In this document: in pieces, positions 46,420 to 59,300 of the stretch
Position numbering within the stretch: position 1 is the stretch's first letter
Layout: each line of letters begins with the position of its first letter
Origin: Chiloscyllium plagiosum
Taxonomy: Eukaryota
Assembly: GCF_004010195.1 (NCBI RefSeq)
Contig: NC_057755.1
Coordinates: 2,415,474 to 2,479,473, forward strand
Reading direction: 5' to 3'
Length of the DNA: 64,000 nt
Made by a program: the position numbers and the translations under genes
The notes under the pieces: model-generated
Told to the model about the DNA's origin: nothing
Databases searched by the model: none
Seen by the model: only the letters and a program-made list of their open reading frames with translations

Positions 46420-49210
46420 CACTGTCCGATGGTCAGTCCTGAGGGAGTGCCGCACTGTCAGATGGTCAGTACTGAGGACGTGCCACACTGTCAGAGGTTC
46501 TGTACTGAGGGAGTGCTGTATTGTCTGTGGGTCAGTGCTGAGGGAGTGCCGCATTGTCAGATNNNNNNNNNNNNNNNNNNNNNNNNNNNNNNNNNNNNNN
46601 NNNNNNNNNNNNNNNNNNNNNNNNNNNNNNNNNNNNNNNNNNNNNNNNNNNNNNNNNNNNNNNNNNNNNNNNNNNNNNNNNNNNNNNNNNNNNNNNNNNN
46701 NNNNNNNNNNNNNNNNNNNNNNNNNNNNNNNNNNNNNNNNNNNNNNNNNNNNNNNNNNNNNNNNNNNNNNNNNNNNNNNNNNNNNNNNNNNNNNNNNNNN
46801 NNNNNNNNNNNNNNNNNNNNNNNNNNNNNNNNNNNNNNNNNNNNNNNNNNNNNNNNNNNNNNNNNNNNNNNNNNNNNNNNNNNNNNNNNNNNNNNNNNNN
46901 NNNNNNNNNNNNNNNNNNNNNNNNNNNNNNNNNNNNNNNNNNNNNNNNNNNNNNNNNNNNNNNNNNNNNNNNNNNNNNNNNNNNNNNNNNNNNNNNNNNN
47001 NNNNNNNNNNNNNNNNNNNNNNNNNNNNNNNNNNNNNNNNNNNNNNNNNNNNNNNNNNNNNNNNNNNNNNNNNNNNNNNNNNNNNNNNNNNNNNNNNNNN
47101 NNNNNNNNNNNNNNNNNNNNNNNNNNNNNNNNNNNNNNNNNNNNNNNNNNNNNNNNNNNNNNNNNNNNNNNNNNNNNNNNNNNNNNNNNNNNNNNNNNNN
47201 NNNNNNNNNNNNNNNNNNNNNNNNNNNNNNNNNNNNNNNNNNNNNNNNNNNNNNNNNNNNNNNNNNNNNNNNNNNNNNNNNNNNNNNNNNNNNNNNNNNN
47301 NNNNNNNNNNNNNNNNNNNNNNNNNNNNNNNNNNNNNNNNNNNNNNNNNNNNNNNNNNNNNNNNNNNNNNNNNNNNNNNAGGGAGTGCTGCACTGTCGGT
47401 GGGTCAGTACTGAGGGAGTGCTGCACTGTCAGTGGGTGAGTACTGAGGGAGTGCCGCACTGTCAGATGGTCAATATTGAGGGAGTACGGCACTGTCAGAA
47501 CCTCAGTACTGAGGGAATGCTGCACTGTCAGAGTGTCAGTGCAGAGGGAGTGCTGCACTGCCAGAAGGTCAGTACTGAGGGTGTGCTGCACTGGCAGCGG
47601 GTCCGTACTGAAGGAGTGCCGCACTGTCAGAGGGTCAGTACAGAGGGAGTGCTGCACTGTCAGACGATCAGTACGGAGGGAATGCTGTATTGTCTGTGGG
47701 TCAGTGCTGAGGGAGTGCCGCACTGTCGGAGGGTCAGTACAGAGGGAATGCCGCACTGTCAGAGTGTTAGTATTGAGGGAGTGCTGCACTGTCAGAGGGT
47801 TCATACCGAGAGAGTGCTGCACTGTCAGAAGGTCAGTACTGAGGGAGTGCCACACTGTCAGAGGGTCAGTACTGCGGGAGTGCTGCATTGTCAGAGGGTC
47901 ACTGCAGAGGGAGTGCCGCACTGTCAGATGGTCAGCACTGAGGGAGTGCCGCACTGTCAGATGGTCAGTGCTGAGGGGGTGCCACACAGTCAGAGGGTAA
48001 GTACTGAGGGAATGCTGCCGTGTCAGAGGGTCAGTGCTGAGGGAGAGCCGCACTGTCGGAGGGTCAGGACTGCGAGAGTGCCGCACTGTCAGTGGGTCAG
48101 TACTGAGGGATTGATGCACTGTCAGATGGTCAGTGCTGAGAGAATGCTGCACTCTCAGAGGGTCAGTACTGAGGGAGTGCCGCACTGTCAGAAAATCTGT
48201 ACTGGGGTTGTGCTGTATTGTCTGTTGGTCAGTGGTGAGGGAGTGCCGCACTGTCAGACGGTCAGTGCTGAGGAAGGGCCGCACTGTCAGATGGTCAGTG
48301 CTGAGGGAGTGCCACACTGTCAGCCAGTCAGTACACACCTCCTAACCGGACCCATTTTCCCCTATGAGGTGTGTACACTCCCCATCACTTGTCCAACTCT
48401 CCCCTGTGCTGGTCAGACGGTCAGTGCTGAGGAAGGGCCGCACTGTCAGATGGTCAGTGCTGAGGGAGTGCCACACTGTCAGCCAGTCAGTACTAAGGGC
48501 GTGCTGCACTCTCAGTGGGTTAGTACTGAGAGATTTCTGCACTTCATAGGGTCAGTACTGAGGGAGTGCCGCACCGTCGGAAGGTCAGTAGTGTGGGAGT
48601 TCGGGACTGTCAGTGGGTCAGTACTGAGGGAGTGTTGCATTGTCAGATGGTCAGTATCAAGGGAGTAAGGCACTGTCAGAGGGTTAGTACTGAGGGAATG
48701 CTGCAGTATCAGAGGTTTAGTAATGAGGGAGTTCTGCACTCTCAGAGGGTCAGAACTGAGGGAGTGCTGGAATGTCAATGGGTCAGTACTGAGGAGTGCC
48801 GCACTGTCAGAGGGTCAGTGCTGAGGGAGTGCCACACTGTCAGAGGGTCAGTACTGAGGACGAGCCGCACTGTCGGAGGGTCAGTACTGAGGGATTGCCG
48901 CACTGTCAGAGGCTCAGTACTGAGGGAGTGCTGCACTGTCTGTGGGTGAGTACTGAGGGAGTGCTGCACTGTCAGAGGGTGAGTACTGAGGGAGTGCTGC
49001 ACTGTCGGAGGGTCAGTACTGAGGGAGGGCCGCACTGTCAGAGGGTCAGTACGGAGGGAGTGCTGCACTGTCAGTGGGTGAGGACTGAGGGAGTGCTGCA
49101 CTGTTAAAGGGTCAGTACTGAGGGAGTGCCGCACTGTCAGACGGTCAGTATCAAGGGAGTAAGGCACTGTCAGAGGGTTAGTACTGAGGGCATGCTGCAC
49201 TGTCGGAGGA
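46420..49210 (+). repeat. 33-bp tandem satellite, consensus GAGGGAGTGCTGCACTGTCAGAGGGTCAGTACT
   Basis: 33-bp periodicity, translating as EGVLHCQRVST repeats. Contains an N gap at 46563-47379. Confidence 0.95.
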
Positions 49211-52200
49211 TTAATTCTGAATGAATTTTGTATTTTCATTTCTGAAGGAATGGTGCACTCATTAATGATTTTTCCTGTGATGAAATCCCTGGTGTATAAC
49301 TCAGAATCTCTCCATCCGCCTGGGAGAGTACATTTAAGATATGTTAATCTCATGTTGAACTGTTCTGAAACTGATGTTTTGAATGCATCTGAAGGATTGT
49401 TATTAAATCTCAGGCAGCACATTTTTCCACAGAGATATTTACCTATGCAGCATGTTGGAACATGACAAGGCTGCCTCCCGATATGATCTGATATGCAGCA
49501 ACAGGTCTGACCCAGCTCACTGTGAGAAAGACGGAGGAGTTGGGATGAGGAATCCATCGCTTCACTATCCTGACAGTTCCTGGGAAAACAGCGATCGGGC
49601 ATCAAGTGATGCAACATGAAAAGCTGCAACACAGCAAGATATAACACAACGGCTCTATTCGCAGGTCCAGAACAGAAACTTCATTTCAGCTTTGGGACAA
49701 GTAAGAAATATATCCAAACTATTGAAAACGTTGGGAGGTCGAATCCCTGTTGACAGGAACTTGCTCCTCAGAGCGACTGGCTCCGGAATCTGGGTCAGCT
49801 GGACAAGGTGAATACAGCAAGGCAGCTGAAGGGAATGATGGGAACTTGTGTCCAATGACAGTGTTAAAACTGCCAGCAAGAAACAGGACAGGGCAAGCTG
49901 CTGGGAAAGGGAAAGGATTCATCTTTTAAAGGAGATGCTGTCACTCCCAGAAGGTGGTTTGGTGGAAATTACAATGAATAATTGAAGATATTGGCGTGAG
50001 CTTTGCTCCGTATCTAACCCTGCGCTGTCCCTGTCCTGGGAGATTTCCTGTGGATCTAATCTCATGGTATCTCCGTCTTGGGAGAGTTTGATGAGGGCAG
50101 AATCTCGGGGGATTACTCCAATGAATGAATGATTTCAATAAAGTTTATTTTTGTTGCGAGTTTGCAGAAAATTACAGAGAAAAGCTTGCTTGTGTTGTCA
50201 CGTTTCAGTGACATTCTGAAGAATTGAAGAATACGACAATGGAAATTGGCTACAGATTAAAGATAGTCCATCAGCAGTGAGCCAGCACATCATCCATGAT
50301 GCCTGAGTTACCATTCCCCCATCTTAATTCACCTCCATCCACACAGGACTATCCACCAACAAACTCACCCATCCTCAGGCGACATTTTCACCGCTGGGCC
50401 TACCTCAGCACAGTCACCTCCGCCAATGTAGCAGCCGCCAAATCTGATGTCACTTCCTGTGCTTACCAGGAAAAGTAAGACAGGTCGCACACAAGTTCTT
50501 CATTTGGAGAACATGCCGTCATACACTGAGCCCACTCTCCCCTGTGCTGGGTGTACACTCCCCCTCATCGGGACCACACTCCCCTGTGCTCTGTGTGCAC
50601 ATTCCCTCACCGGGCTCACACTCCCCTGTGTTGGGTGTACACTCCCCCTGAACGGGCCCACACTCATCTGTGCTGTGTGTACACTCCTCCTCATCGGGCC
50701 AACACTCCCATGTACTGGGGGTACATCCCCCCCTCCTCACTGAGCCCACTCTCCCCTGTGCTGGGTGTGCACTCCTCCTCACTGGGCACACTCTTCCCTG
50801 TGCTGTGTGTACACTCCTCCTCACCGGGACCACACTCCCCTGTGCTGGGTATGTACTCCCCTACACCCGGCCCACTCTCCCCTGTGCTGGGTGTATACTC
50901 CTCCTCACCAGGCCACCACTCCCCTGTGCGGGGTGTACACTCCTCCTCACCGGGCCCACTGTCCCCTGAGCTGGGTGTACACTCCTCCTCGCTGGGCCCA
51001 GTTTCCCCTGTGCTGTGTTTACACTTCTCCTCAACGGGCCAACTCTCCCCTATGCTGGGTGCACATCCCTCCTCTCTGGGCCCACTCTCTCCTGTACTGT
51101 GTGTGCACTCCCCCTCACCAGGCCCACTCTCCCCTGTGCTGGGGGTACTCTCACCCTCACCGGGCTCATTCTCCCCTGTGCTGGATGTAAACTCCTTCTC
51201 ACCGGGCCCACTCTCCCCTGGACTGGATGTGCAATCGCTCTCACCAGGCCCACTCTCCCTTGTGTTGGGTGTACACTCCTCCTCACTGAGCCCACTCTCC
51301 CCTGTGCTGTGTATACACCCCTCCTCACTGGACTCATTCTTCCCTGTGCTGAGTGTTCACACCTCCTCACGAGGCCCACTCTCCCCTCTGCTGGGTATAC
51401 GGCCCTCCTCACCGGCCGACTCTCCCCTGTGCTGGTTGAACACTCAACCTCACCGGTCCCACTCTCCCCTGTGCTGGGTGTGCACTCATCCTCACTCGGC
51501 CCACTCTCCCGGTGCTGGGTGTACACTCCCCCTCACCAAGCCCACTCTGCCTTTTGCTGGGTGTACACTCCTACTCACCGGTCCCACTCTTCGTTGTACT
51601 GGGCGCAAACCCCTCCTCACTGGGCCCACTCTCCCCTGTGATGGGTGTACACTCATCCTCACCAGTCCCACTCTCCCGGTGCTGGGTGTACACTCCCCCT
51701 CACCAAGTCCACTCTGCCTTGTGCTGGGTGCACACTCCTCCTCACCGGGCCTATTTTCCCCTCTGCTGTGAGTACACTCCCCATCAACTGTCCCAATCTC
51801 GCCTTTGCTGGGTGTACACTCCCCCTCCCCGGTCCAACTCTACCCTGTGCTGGGTGTACACCCCTTCTCACCGGGCCCACTCTCCCCTGTGCTGGGTGAT
51901 CACATCTCCTCACCGGGCCCACTCTCCCCTGTGCTGGGTGTACAATCCTCCTCACCGGGCCCAATTTTCCCAGTGTTGGGTGTACACTCATCCTCACTAG
52001 GCCCACTCTTCCGGTGCTGCATGTACACTCCCCCTCACCAAGCACACTCTCCCTTATGCTGGGTGTACTCTCCTCCTCACCGGGCCCACTCTCCCCTGTG
52101 CTGGATGTACACTCCCCGTCACCGGGCCAACTCACCCCTGTGATGGTCGTATTCTCCCCCGCACCAGGCACACCCTCCCCTGTGCTGGGTGTACACTTCG

Positions 52201-54427
52201 CCTCACCGGGTCCACTCTCCCCTGTGCTGGGTGTACACACCTCCTCACCAGGCCCACTCTCCCCTGTGCTGGGTGTACACTCCTACTCACCGGTCCCACT
52301 CTTCATTGTACTGGGCGCAAACCCCTCATCACTGGGCCCAATCTCCCCTGGGCTGGGTGTACACTCACCCTCAGCAGTCCCACTCTCCCCTGCGCTGGAT
52401 GTACACTCCCCCTCACCGGGCCCACTCTCCACTGTGCTGGGTGTACACACCTCCTCACCGGGCCCACTCTTCCCTGTGCTCTGTGTACACCCCTCCTCAC
52501 CGGGTCCACTCATCCCTGTGCTGGGTGTACTCTCCCCTTCATCGAGCCAATCTACCATGTACTGGGTGTATACTCCTCCTTACTGGGCTCACTCTAGCCT
52601 GTGCTGGGTCTACACTCTTACTCACCGGGACCATTTTCCCCTGTGCTGGTTGTACACTCCCACTCCCGGGCCCATACTCCCCTGTGCTGATTGTACATTC
52701 CTCCTCTCCGAGCCCACACTCCTTTGTGCTGGGTGTACACTCCCACTCTCCGGGCCGACACTCCCCTGAGCTGGGTGTACACTCCTCCTCTCCGGGCCCA
52801 CACAACAATGTGCTGAGTTTACACTCTTCCTCTCCGGGCCTACACTCCCCTGTGCTGAGTGTACACCCCTCCTCACTGGGCTGAGTCTCCCCTGCGCTGC
52901 GTTTACACTCCTCCTCACCAGCCTCACTCTCCCCTGTGCTGTGTGTACAATACCCCTCACCGGGCCCACTCTGCCCTGTGCTGTGTGTACACTACACCTC
53001 AATGGGCCCACTCTCCCCTGTGCTGGGCATTCACTCCCCCTCCCCGGCCACGCTCCCCTGTGCTGGGTGTACACTCCTCCTCACCAGGCCCAATCTCCCC
53101 TGTGCTGGGTGTACAATCCCTCTCACCGGGCATACTCTCCAATGTCTTGGGTGTACTCTCACCCTCACGATGCCCACTCTCCCCTGTTCGGGTTTACACC
53201 CCTTCCACATCGTGCCCACTCACCCCTGCGCTGGGTGTACACTCCTCCTGACCGGGTCCACTCTCCCCTGTGCTGGGTGTAGAGCCCCCCTGTGTGGGCC
53301 TACACTACCCTGTGCTGGGTTAACACACCTCCTCGCCGGGCCCACTCTCCCCCGTGCTGTGCGCACCATCCTCCTCACTGCACCCACTCTCCACTGTGCT
53401 GGGTGTAGACCCCTCCTCACCGGGCCCATTTTCCCCTATGCGGTGTGTACACTCCCCATCACCGGTCCCACTCTCCCCTGTGCTGGGTGCACACTCCTAC
53501 TCACCGGGCTCATTTCCCCTGTGCTGGTGGTACACTCCCACTCCCGGACCCACACTCCCCTGTGTTGGTTGAACGTTCCTCCTCTCCGGGCCCACACTCC
53601 CCTGAGCTGGGTCTACACTCCTCCTCTCTTGGCCCACACTCCCCTGTGCTGGGTGTACAGTCCTCCTCTCCGGGCCTACACTCCCCTGTGCTGGGTGTAC
53701 ACCCCTCCTCACCGGGCCCACACTCCCCTGTGCCGGGTGTACACGAAACCTCACTGGGCTCAGTCTCCCCTGTGCTGCGTTTACACTCCTCCTCACCAGC
53801 CCCACTCTCCCCTGTGCTGGGTTTTGTAATCCCCCTCACCGCGCCCAAATTCCCCTGTGCTGGGTGTACACTCCACCTCACTCGGCCCACTCTACCCTGT
53901 GCTGGGTGTAAACATCTCCTAACCGGGACGCTCTCCCCTGTGCCGAGCTTACTCTCCCCCTCTCCGGGCCCACTCTCTGATGTGCTGAGCGTATGCTCCC
54001 CCTGACCGGGGCCACTCTCCGCTGTGCTGGGTGTACACTCCTCCTCACTGAGCCCACTCTCCCTTCTGCTGGGTGTACAGTCCCCCTCACCGGGCCCACT
54101 CACCCCTGTGATGTGTGCACCATCCTCCTCACCGCACCCACTCTCCCCTGTGCTGGTTGTACACTCCTCCTCTCCGGGTCCACTCTCCCCTGTGCTGGGT
54201 GTACACTCCTCCTCACCGGGCCCATTTACCCCTGTGCTGGGTGTACACTTCTCCTCAACTGGCCCAATCTCCCCTGTGCTGTGCGTATACTCCTTCTCAC
54301 CGGGTCCACTCTCCCCTGTGCTGAGCGTACACTCCTCCTCATCGGGCCTACTCTCCACTGTGCTGCGCGTACACTCCATCTCACCAGGTCCTACTCTCCA
54401 CTGTGCTGGGAGTGAACACCCCCCTCC

Positions 54428-54507
54428 GGGCTTATGCCTGAAACGTCGATTCTCCTGTTCCCTGGATGCTGCCTGACCTGCTGCGCTTTTCCAGCAACAC
54501 ATTTCCA
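54428..54507 (+). mobile_element. 80-bp PLE-derived insert with a 10-bp target-site duplication
   Basis: GGGCTTATGCCTGAAACGTCGATTCTCCTG...GCTTTTCCAGCA is flanked by ACCCCCCTCC at 54418-54427 and 54508-54517. Confidence 0.8.
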
Positions 54508-56164
54508 ACCCCCCTCCCCGGGCCCACTCTCCCATGTGCTGGGTATACACCCCTCCATATCGGGCCCACTCTCCCCTGCGCTGGTTGTACACTCCTCCTG
54601 ACCGGGTCCATTCTCCCCGTGCTGTGTGTAATCCGCACCTACCCGTCCCTCTCCCCCCTGTGTTGGGTGAACTCTCCTCCTCACTGGCACAATTCCCCCT
54701 GTGCTGTGTGTACACTCTCCCTCACTGGGCCCCACTACCCTATACTGGGTGTACACCTCCTCACCGGGCCCACTCTCCCCCGTGCTGGTTGTACACCCCT
54801 CCTCACCGGGCCCACTCTCCCCTCTGCTGAGCGTACACTCCCCCTAACCGGGGCCACTCACCCCTGTGCTGAGTGTACACTCCTCCTCATTGAGCCCACT
54901 CTCCCTTGTGCTGGGTTTATAATCCCCATCATCGGGCCAACTCACGCCTGTGCTGAGTGCACCATCCTCCTCACTGCACACACTCTCCCCTGTGGTGGGT
55001 GTACACTTCTACTCACCGGGCCCATTTTCCCCTGTGCTGGGTGTACAATCCCTCTCACCGGGCATACTCTCCAATGTCTTGGGTGTACTCTCACCCTCAC
55101 GATGCCCACTCTCCCCTGTTCTGGGTTTTCACCCCTCCACATCGGGCCCACTCTCCCCTGCGCTGGGTGTACACTCCTCCTGACCGGGTCCATTCTCCCC
55201 TGTGCTGGGTGTAGACCCCTCCTACCCGTCCCTCTCTCCCCTGTGTTGGGTGAACTCTCCACCTCACTGGCACAATCTCCCCTGTGCTGTGTGTACACTA
55301 TCCCTCACTGGGCCCACACTACACTGTGCTGGGTTAGCACATCTCCTAGCCGGGCCCACTCTCCCCCGTGCTGTGTGCACCATCCTCTTCACTGCACCCA
55401 CTTTCCACTGTGCTGGGTGTGGTCTCCTCCTCACCGGGCCCATTTTCCCCTATGCGGTGTGTATACACCCCATCACCTGTCCAACTGTCCCCTGTGCTGG
55501 TTATACACTCCCACCCCTGGACCCACACTACCCTGTGCTGGTTGTACCTTCCTCCTCTCCGGGCCCACACTCCCCTGTGCTGGGTGTACACTCCCACTCT
55601 CCGGGCCCACACTCCCCTGAGCTGGGTCTACACTCCTCCTCTCCGGGCCTACACTCCCCTGTGCTGGGTGTACACCTCTCCTTACCGGGCCCACACTCCC
55701 CTGTGCTGGGTGTACACGCAACCTGACTGGTCACAGTCTCCCCTGTTCTGCGTTTACACTCCTCCTCACCAGTCCCACTCTCCCCTGTGCTCTGTGTACA
55801 CTACACGTCAATGGGCCCACTCTCCCCTGTGCTGGGCATTCACTCCCCCTCTCCCGGCCCAGTCTCCCCTGAGCTGGGTGTATGCTCCTCCTCACCGGGC
55901 CCAATCTCCCCTGTGCTGGGTGTACAATCCACCTCACCGGGCATACTCTCCAATGTCTTGGGTGTACTCTCACCCTCACGGGGACCACTCTCCCCTGTTC
56001 TGGGTGTACACCCCTCCACATCGGGCCCACTCTCCCCTGCGCTTGGTGTACACTCCTCCTGACCGGGTCCACTCTCCCCTGTGCTGGGTGAACTCTCTTC
56101 CTCACTGGCACAATCTCCCCTGTGCTGTGTGTGCAGTCTCCCTCACTGGGGAGACTGCACACAC

Positions 56165-56356
56165 TACTACAAACCAACCGACTCCCACAGCTACCTGGAC
56201 TGGGCGCAAGTCTTGCACCTCCTGCGGTTGCAGGGGAAGGTGCCGGGAGTGGAGGTTGGTTTGGTGGGGGGTGTGGATCTGACGAGGGATTAAGCATTCC
56301 GTAAAGACCACTCCCTCCGTGACTCCATCGTCAGATCCACACCCCCCACCAACCCT
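56165..56356. mobile_element. Scrambled Penelope-like ORF fragments inserted in the 42-bp satellite
   Basis: (+) YYKPTDSHSYLD; (-) SLVRSTPPTKPTSTPGTFPCNRRRCKTCA; (+) AFRKDHSLRDSIVRSTPPTNP. These resemble PLE RT C-terminal and Cys-rich linker motifs. Confidence 0.75.
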
Positions 56357-59300
56357 GTGGAGTCTCTCCCCTGTGCTGAGTTTAAATACCTCCTCACCGG
56401 GCCCACTCTCTCCTGTGCTGGCCGAACGCTCCCCCTCACATTGTCCTGTCTTTCCAGTGCTCTGTGTGCACTCATCCTCACCGGGCTCACTCTCCGCTGT
56501 GCTGTGTGGACACTACTCCTCACCCGGCACACTCTCCCCTGTGCTGTGTGTACCTTCCTCCTCAACGGGCCCACTCTCCCCTGTGCTGCGCGTACACTCC
56601 TCCTCAGCGGGTCCGCTCTCACCTGTTCTAGGTGTACACTACTGCTCACTCGGCCCACTCTCCCGTTTGCTGCGCGTAAACTCCTCCTCAGCGGGTCCAC
56701 TCTCACCTGTTCTGGGTGTAAACTACTGCTCACCCCGCCCACTCTCCCCTGTGCTGGGCGTGCACTCCTCCTCACAGGGACCACTCTCCCCTGTGCAGTG
56801 TGTACACTCCTCCTCAACGGACCCACTCTCCGCTGTGCTGAACGCATGCTCCCCCTAACCGGGGCCACTCTCCCCTGTGCTGGGTGTACACTCCTCCTCA
56901 CTGAGCCCACTCTCCCTTGTTCTGGGTGTACACTTCCCCTCACCGGGCCCACTCTCCCCTGTGCTGGGTTTATAATCCTCCTCACCGGGCCCACTTACCC
57001 CTGTGCAGTGTGCACCATCCTCCTCAACGCACCCACTCTCCCCTGTGCTGGATGAACACTCCTCCTCTCCGGGTCCAATCTCCCCTGTGCTTGGTGTACA
57101 CTCCTCCTCACCGGGCCCATTTACCCCAGTGCTGGGTGTACACCTCTCCTCAACGGGCCCACTCTCCCCTGTTCTATGCGTACACTCCTCCTCATTGGGT
57201 CCACTCTCCCCTGTGCTGGGCGTACACTCCTCCTCACAGGGACCACTCTCCCCTGTGCAGTGTGTACACTCCTCCTCAACGGGCCCTCTGAGCCCCTGTG
57301 CTGGCGTACACTCCTCCTCAGCGGGCCTACTCTCCACTGTGCTGGGCATGCACTTCCGGGCCCACTCTCCCCTGTGCTGAATGTACACTCCCCTTCACCG
57401 TTCCCATATTCCCCTGTGCTGGGTGTACTACCCTCCTCACCAGGCCCACTCTCCCCAGTACTGTGTGTACACCGGGACCAGTCGTCCTTGTGTTGGTGTA
57501 CTCTCCTCTTCATCGGGCCATTCTACCATGTGTTGGGTGTATATTCCTCCTCACCGGGCCCACTCCCCCATGTGCTGGTTGTACACTCCATCTCACCGGG
57601 CCCTCTCTCCCTTCTATTGGGCGTACACACCTCCTCGCCGGGCCCAACCTCCCCTGTGCTGTGTGTACAATCCCCTCACCGGGCCTACTCTCCCATGTCT
57701 TTGGTGTACACACCCCCTCACAAGGCCCACTCTTCCCTGTGCTGGGTGTACACTCCTCCTTACCGGGCACACTCTCCCCTGTGCTGGGTGCAAACTCCAC
57801 CTCACCGGGCGCACTCTCCCATGTGCTGGTTGTACGTTCCATCTCACCGGGCCCTCTCTCCCATGTGCTCGGTGTACACTCCCCGTTACCCGGCCCACTC
57901 TCCCTTGTGCTGGGTGTATCCTCCCCCTCACCGCACCCACTCTCCCCTGTGCTGGTTGTACACTCCATCTCACTGGGCACACTCCCCCTGTGCTGGATGT
58001 GCAATCCCCCTCATCAGGCCTACTCTCCCCTGTCTTGCGTGTACACTCCTCCTCACTGAGCCCACTCTCCCCTGTGCTGGGCGTACACTCCCCCACACCG
58101 TGCCCACTCTCTCCTGTGCAATGTGTACACTCCCCCGAACCGGACTCACTCTCCTCTGTGCTGTCTGTACACCCGTCCTCATCGGGCCCACTCTCCCCTT
58201 TGCTGGCTGTACACACCTCCTCACCAGGCCCCATCTCCCCTGTGCTGGGTGCAAACTCACCCTCACCGGTCCCACTCTCCCCAGTGCTGGGTGTAGACCC
58301 CTCCTCACCGTGCCCACTCTCCCCAGTGCTGGGTGTACACCCCTCCTCACCGGGCCCACTCTCCCCTGTGCCGGGTGTACACCCCTCCTCACCGGGCCCA
58401 CTCTCCCCTGTGCCGGGTGTACACCCCTCCTCACCGGGCCCACTCTCCCCTGTGCCGGGTGTACACCCCTCCTCACCGGGCCCACTCTTCCCTGTGCTGG
58501 GTGTGTAATCCCCCTCACCGCGCCCAAATTCCCCTGTGCTGGGTGTGCACTCCCCCTCACCGGGCCCAATCTCCCCTGTGCTGTGTGTACAATACCCCTC
58601 ACCGGGCCTACTCTCCCCTGTCTTGGGTGTACATCCCCCTCACCAGGCCCACTCTTCCCTGTACTGGGTGTACACCCCTCCACATCAGGCCCACTCTCCC
58701 CTGCGCTGTCTATACACTCCACCTCACCGGGGCCACATTCCCCTGTGCTGGGTGTATACCCATCCTCCCCGTCCCTCTCTCCCCTGTGTTGGGTAAACTC
58801 TCCTCCTCACTGGCACAATCTCCACTGTGCTGTGTGTACACTCCCCCTCACTGGGCCCACTCTACACTGTGTTGGCTGTACTCATCTCCTAACCGATCCC
58901 ACTCTCCCCTGTGCTCGGTATACTCCCCACATCACCGTGCCCACACTCCCCTGTGCTGGGTGTACACTCACCCTTACCAGTCCTACTGTCCACTGTGCTG
59001 GGTGTACACTCCCCCTCACCGGTCCCACATTCCACTGTGCTGGGTGTACACCCTTTCTCACTGGGGCCCACACTCCTTTGTGCTGGGTGTACACCCCACC
59101 TCACCAGGCGCACTCCCCCTGTGCTGTGTGTACACTCCTCCTCTCCGGACCCACTCTCCCCTGTGTTGGGTGTACAATCCTCCTCACCGGGCCTACTCTC
59201 CCCTGTCTTGGATGTACACTCCCCCTCACCAGGCCCACTCTCCCCTCTACTGTGTGTACACCCCTCCACATCGTGCCCACTCTCACCTGCGCTGGGTGAA

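Noticed and set aside
46429..49647. Long ORFs with HC repeats (EGVLHCQRVST) resembling zinc-finger or repeat proteins
   Set aside because: They are translations of a 33-bp satellite, partly across N gaps. They lack C2H2 spacing and are open on both strands.
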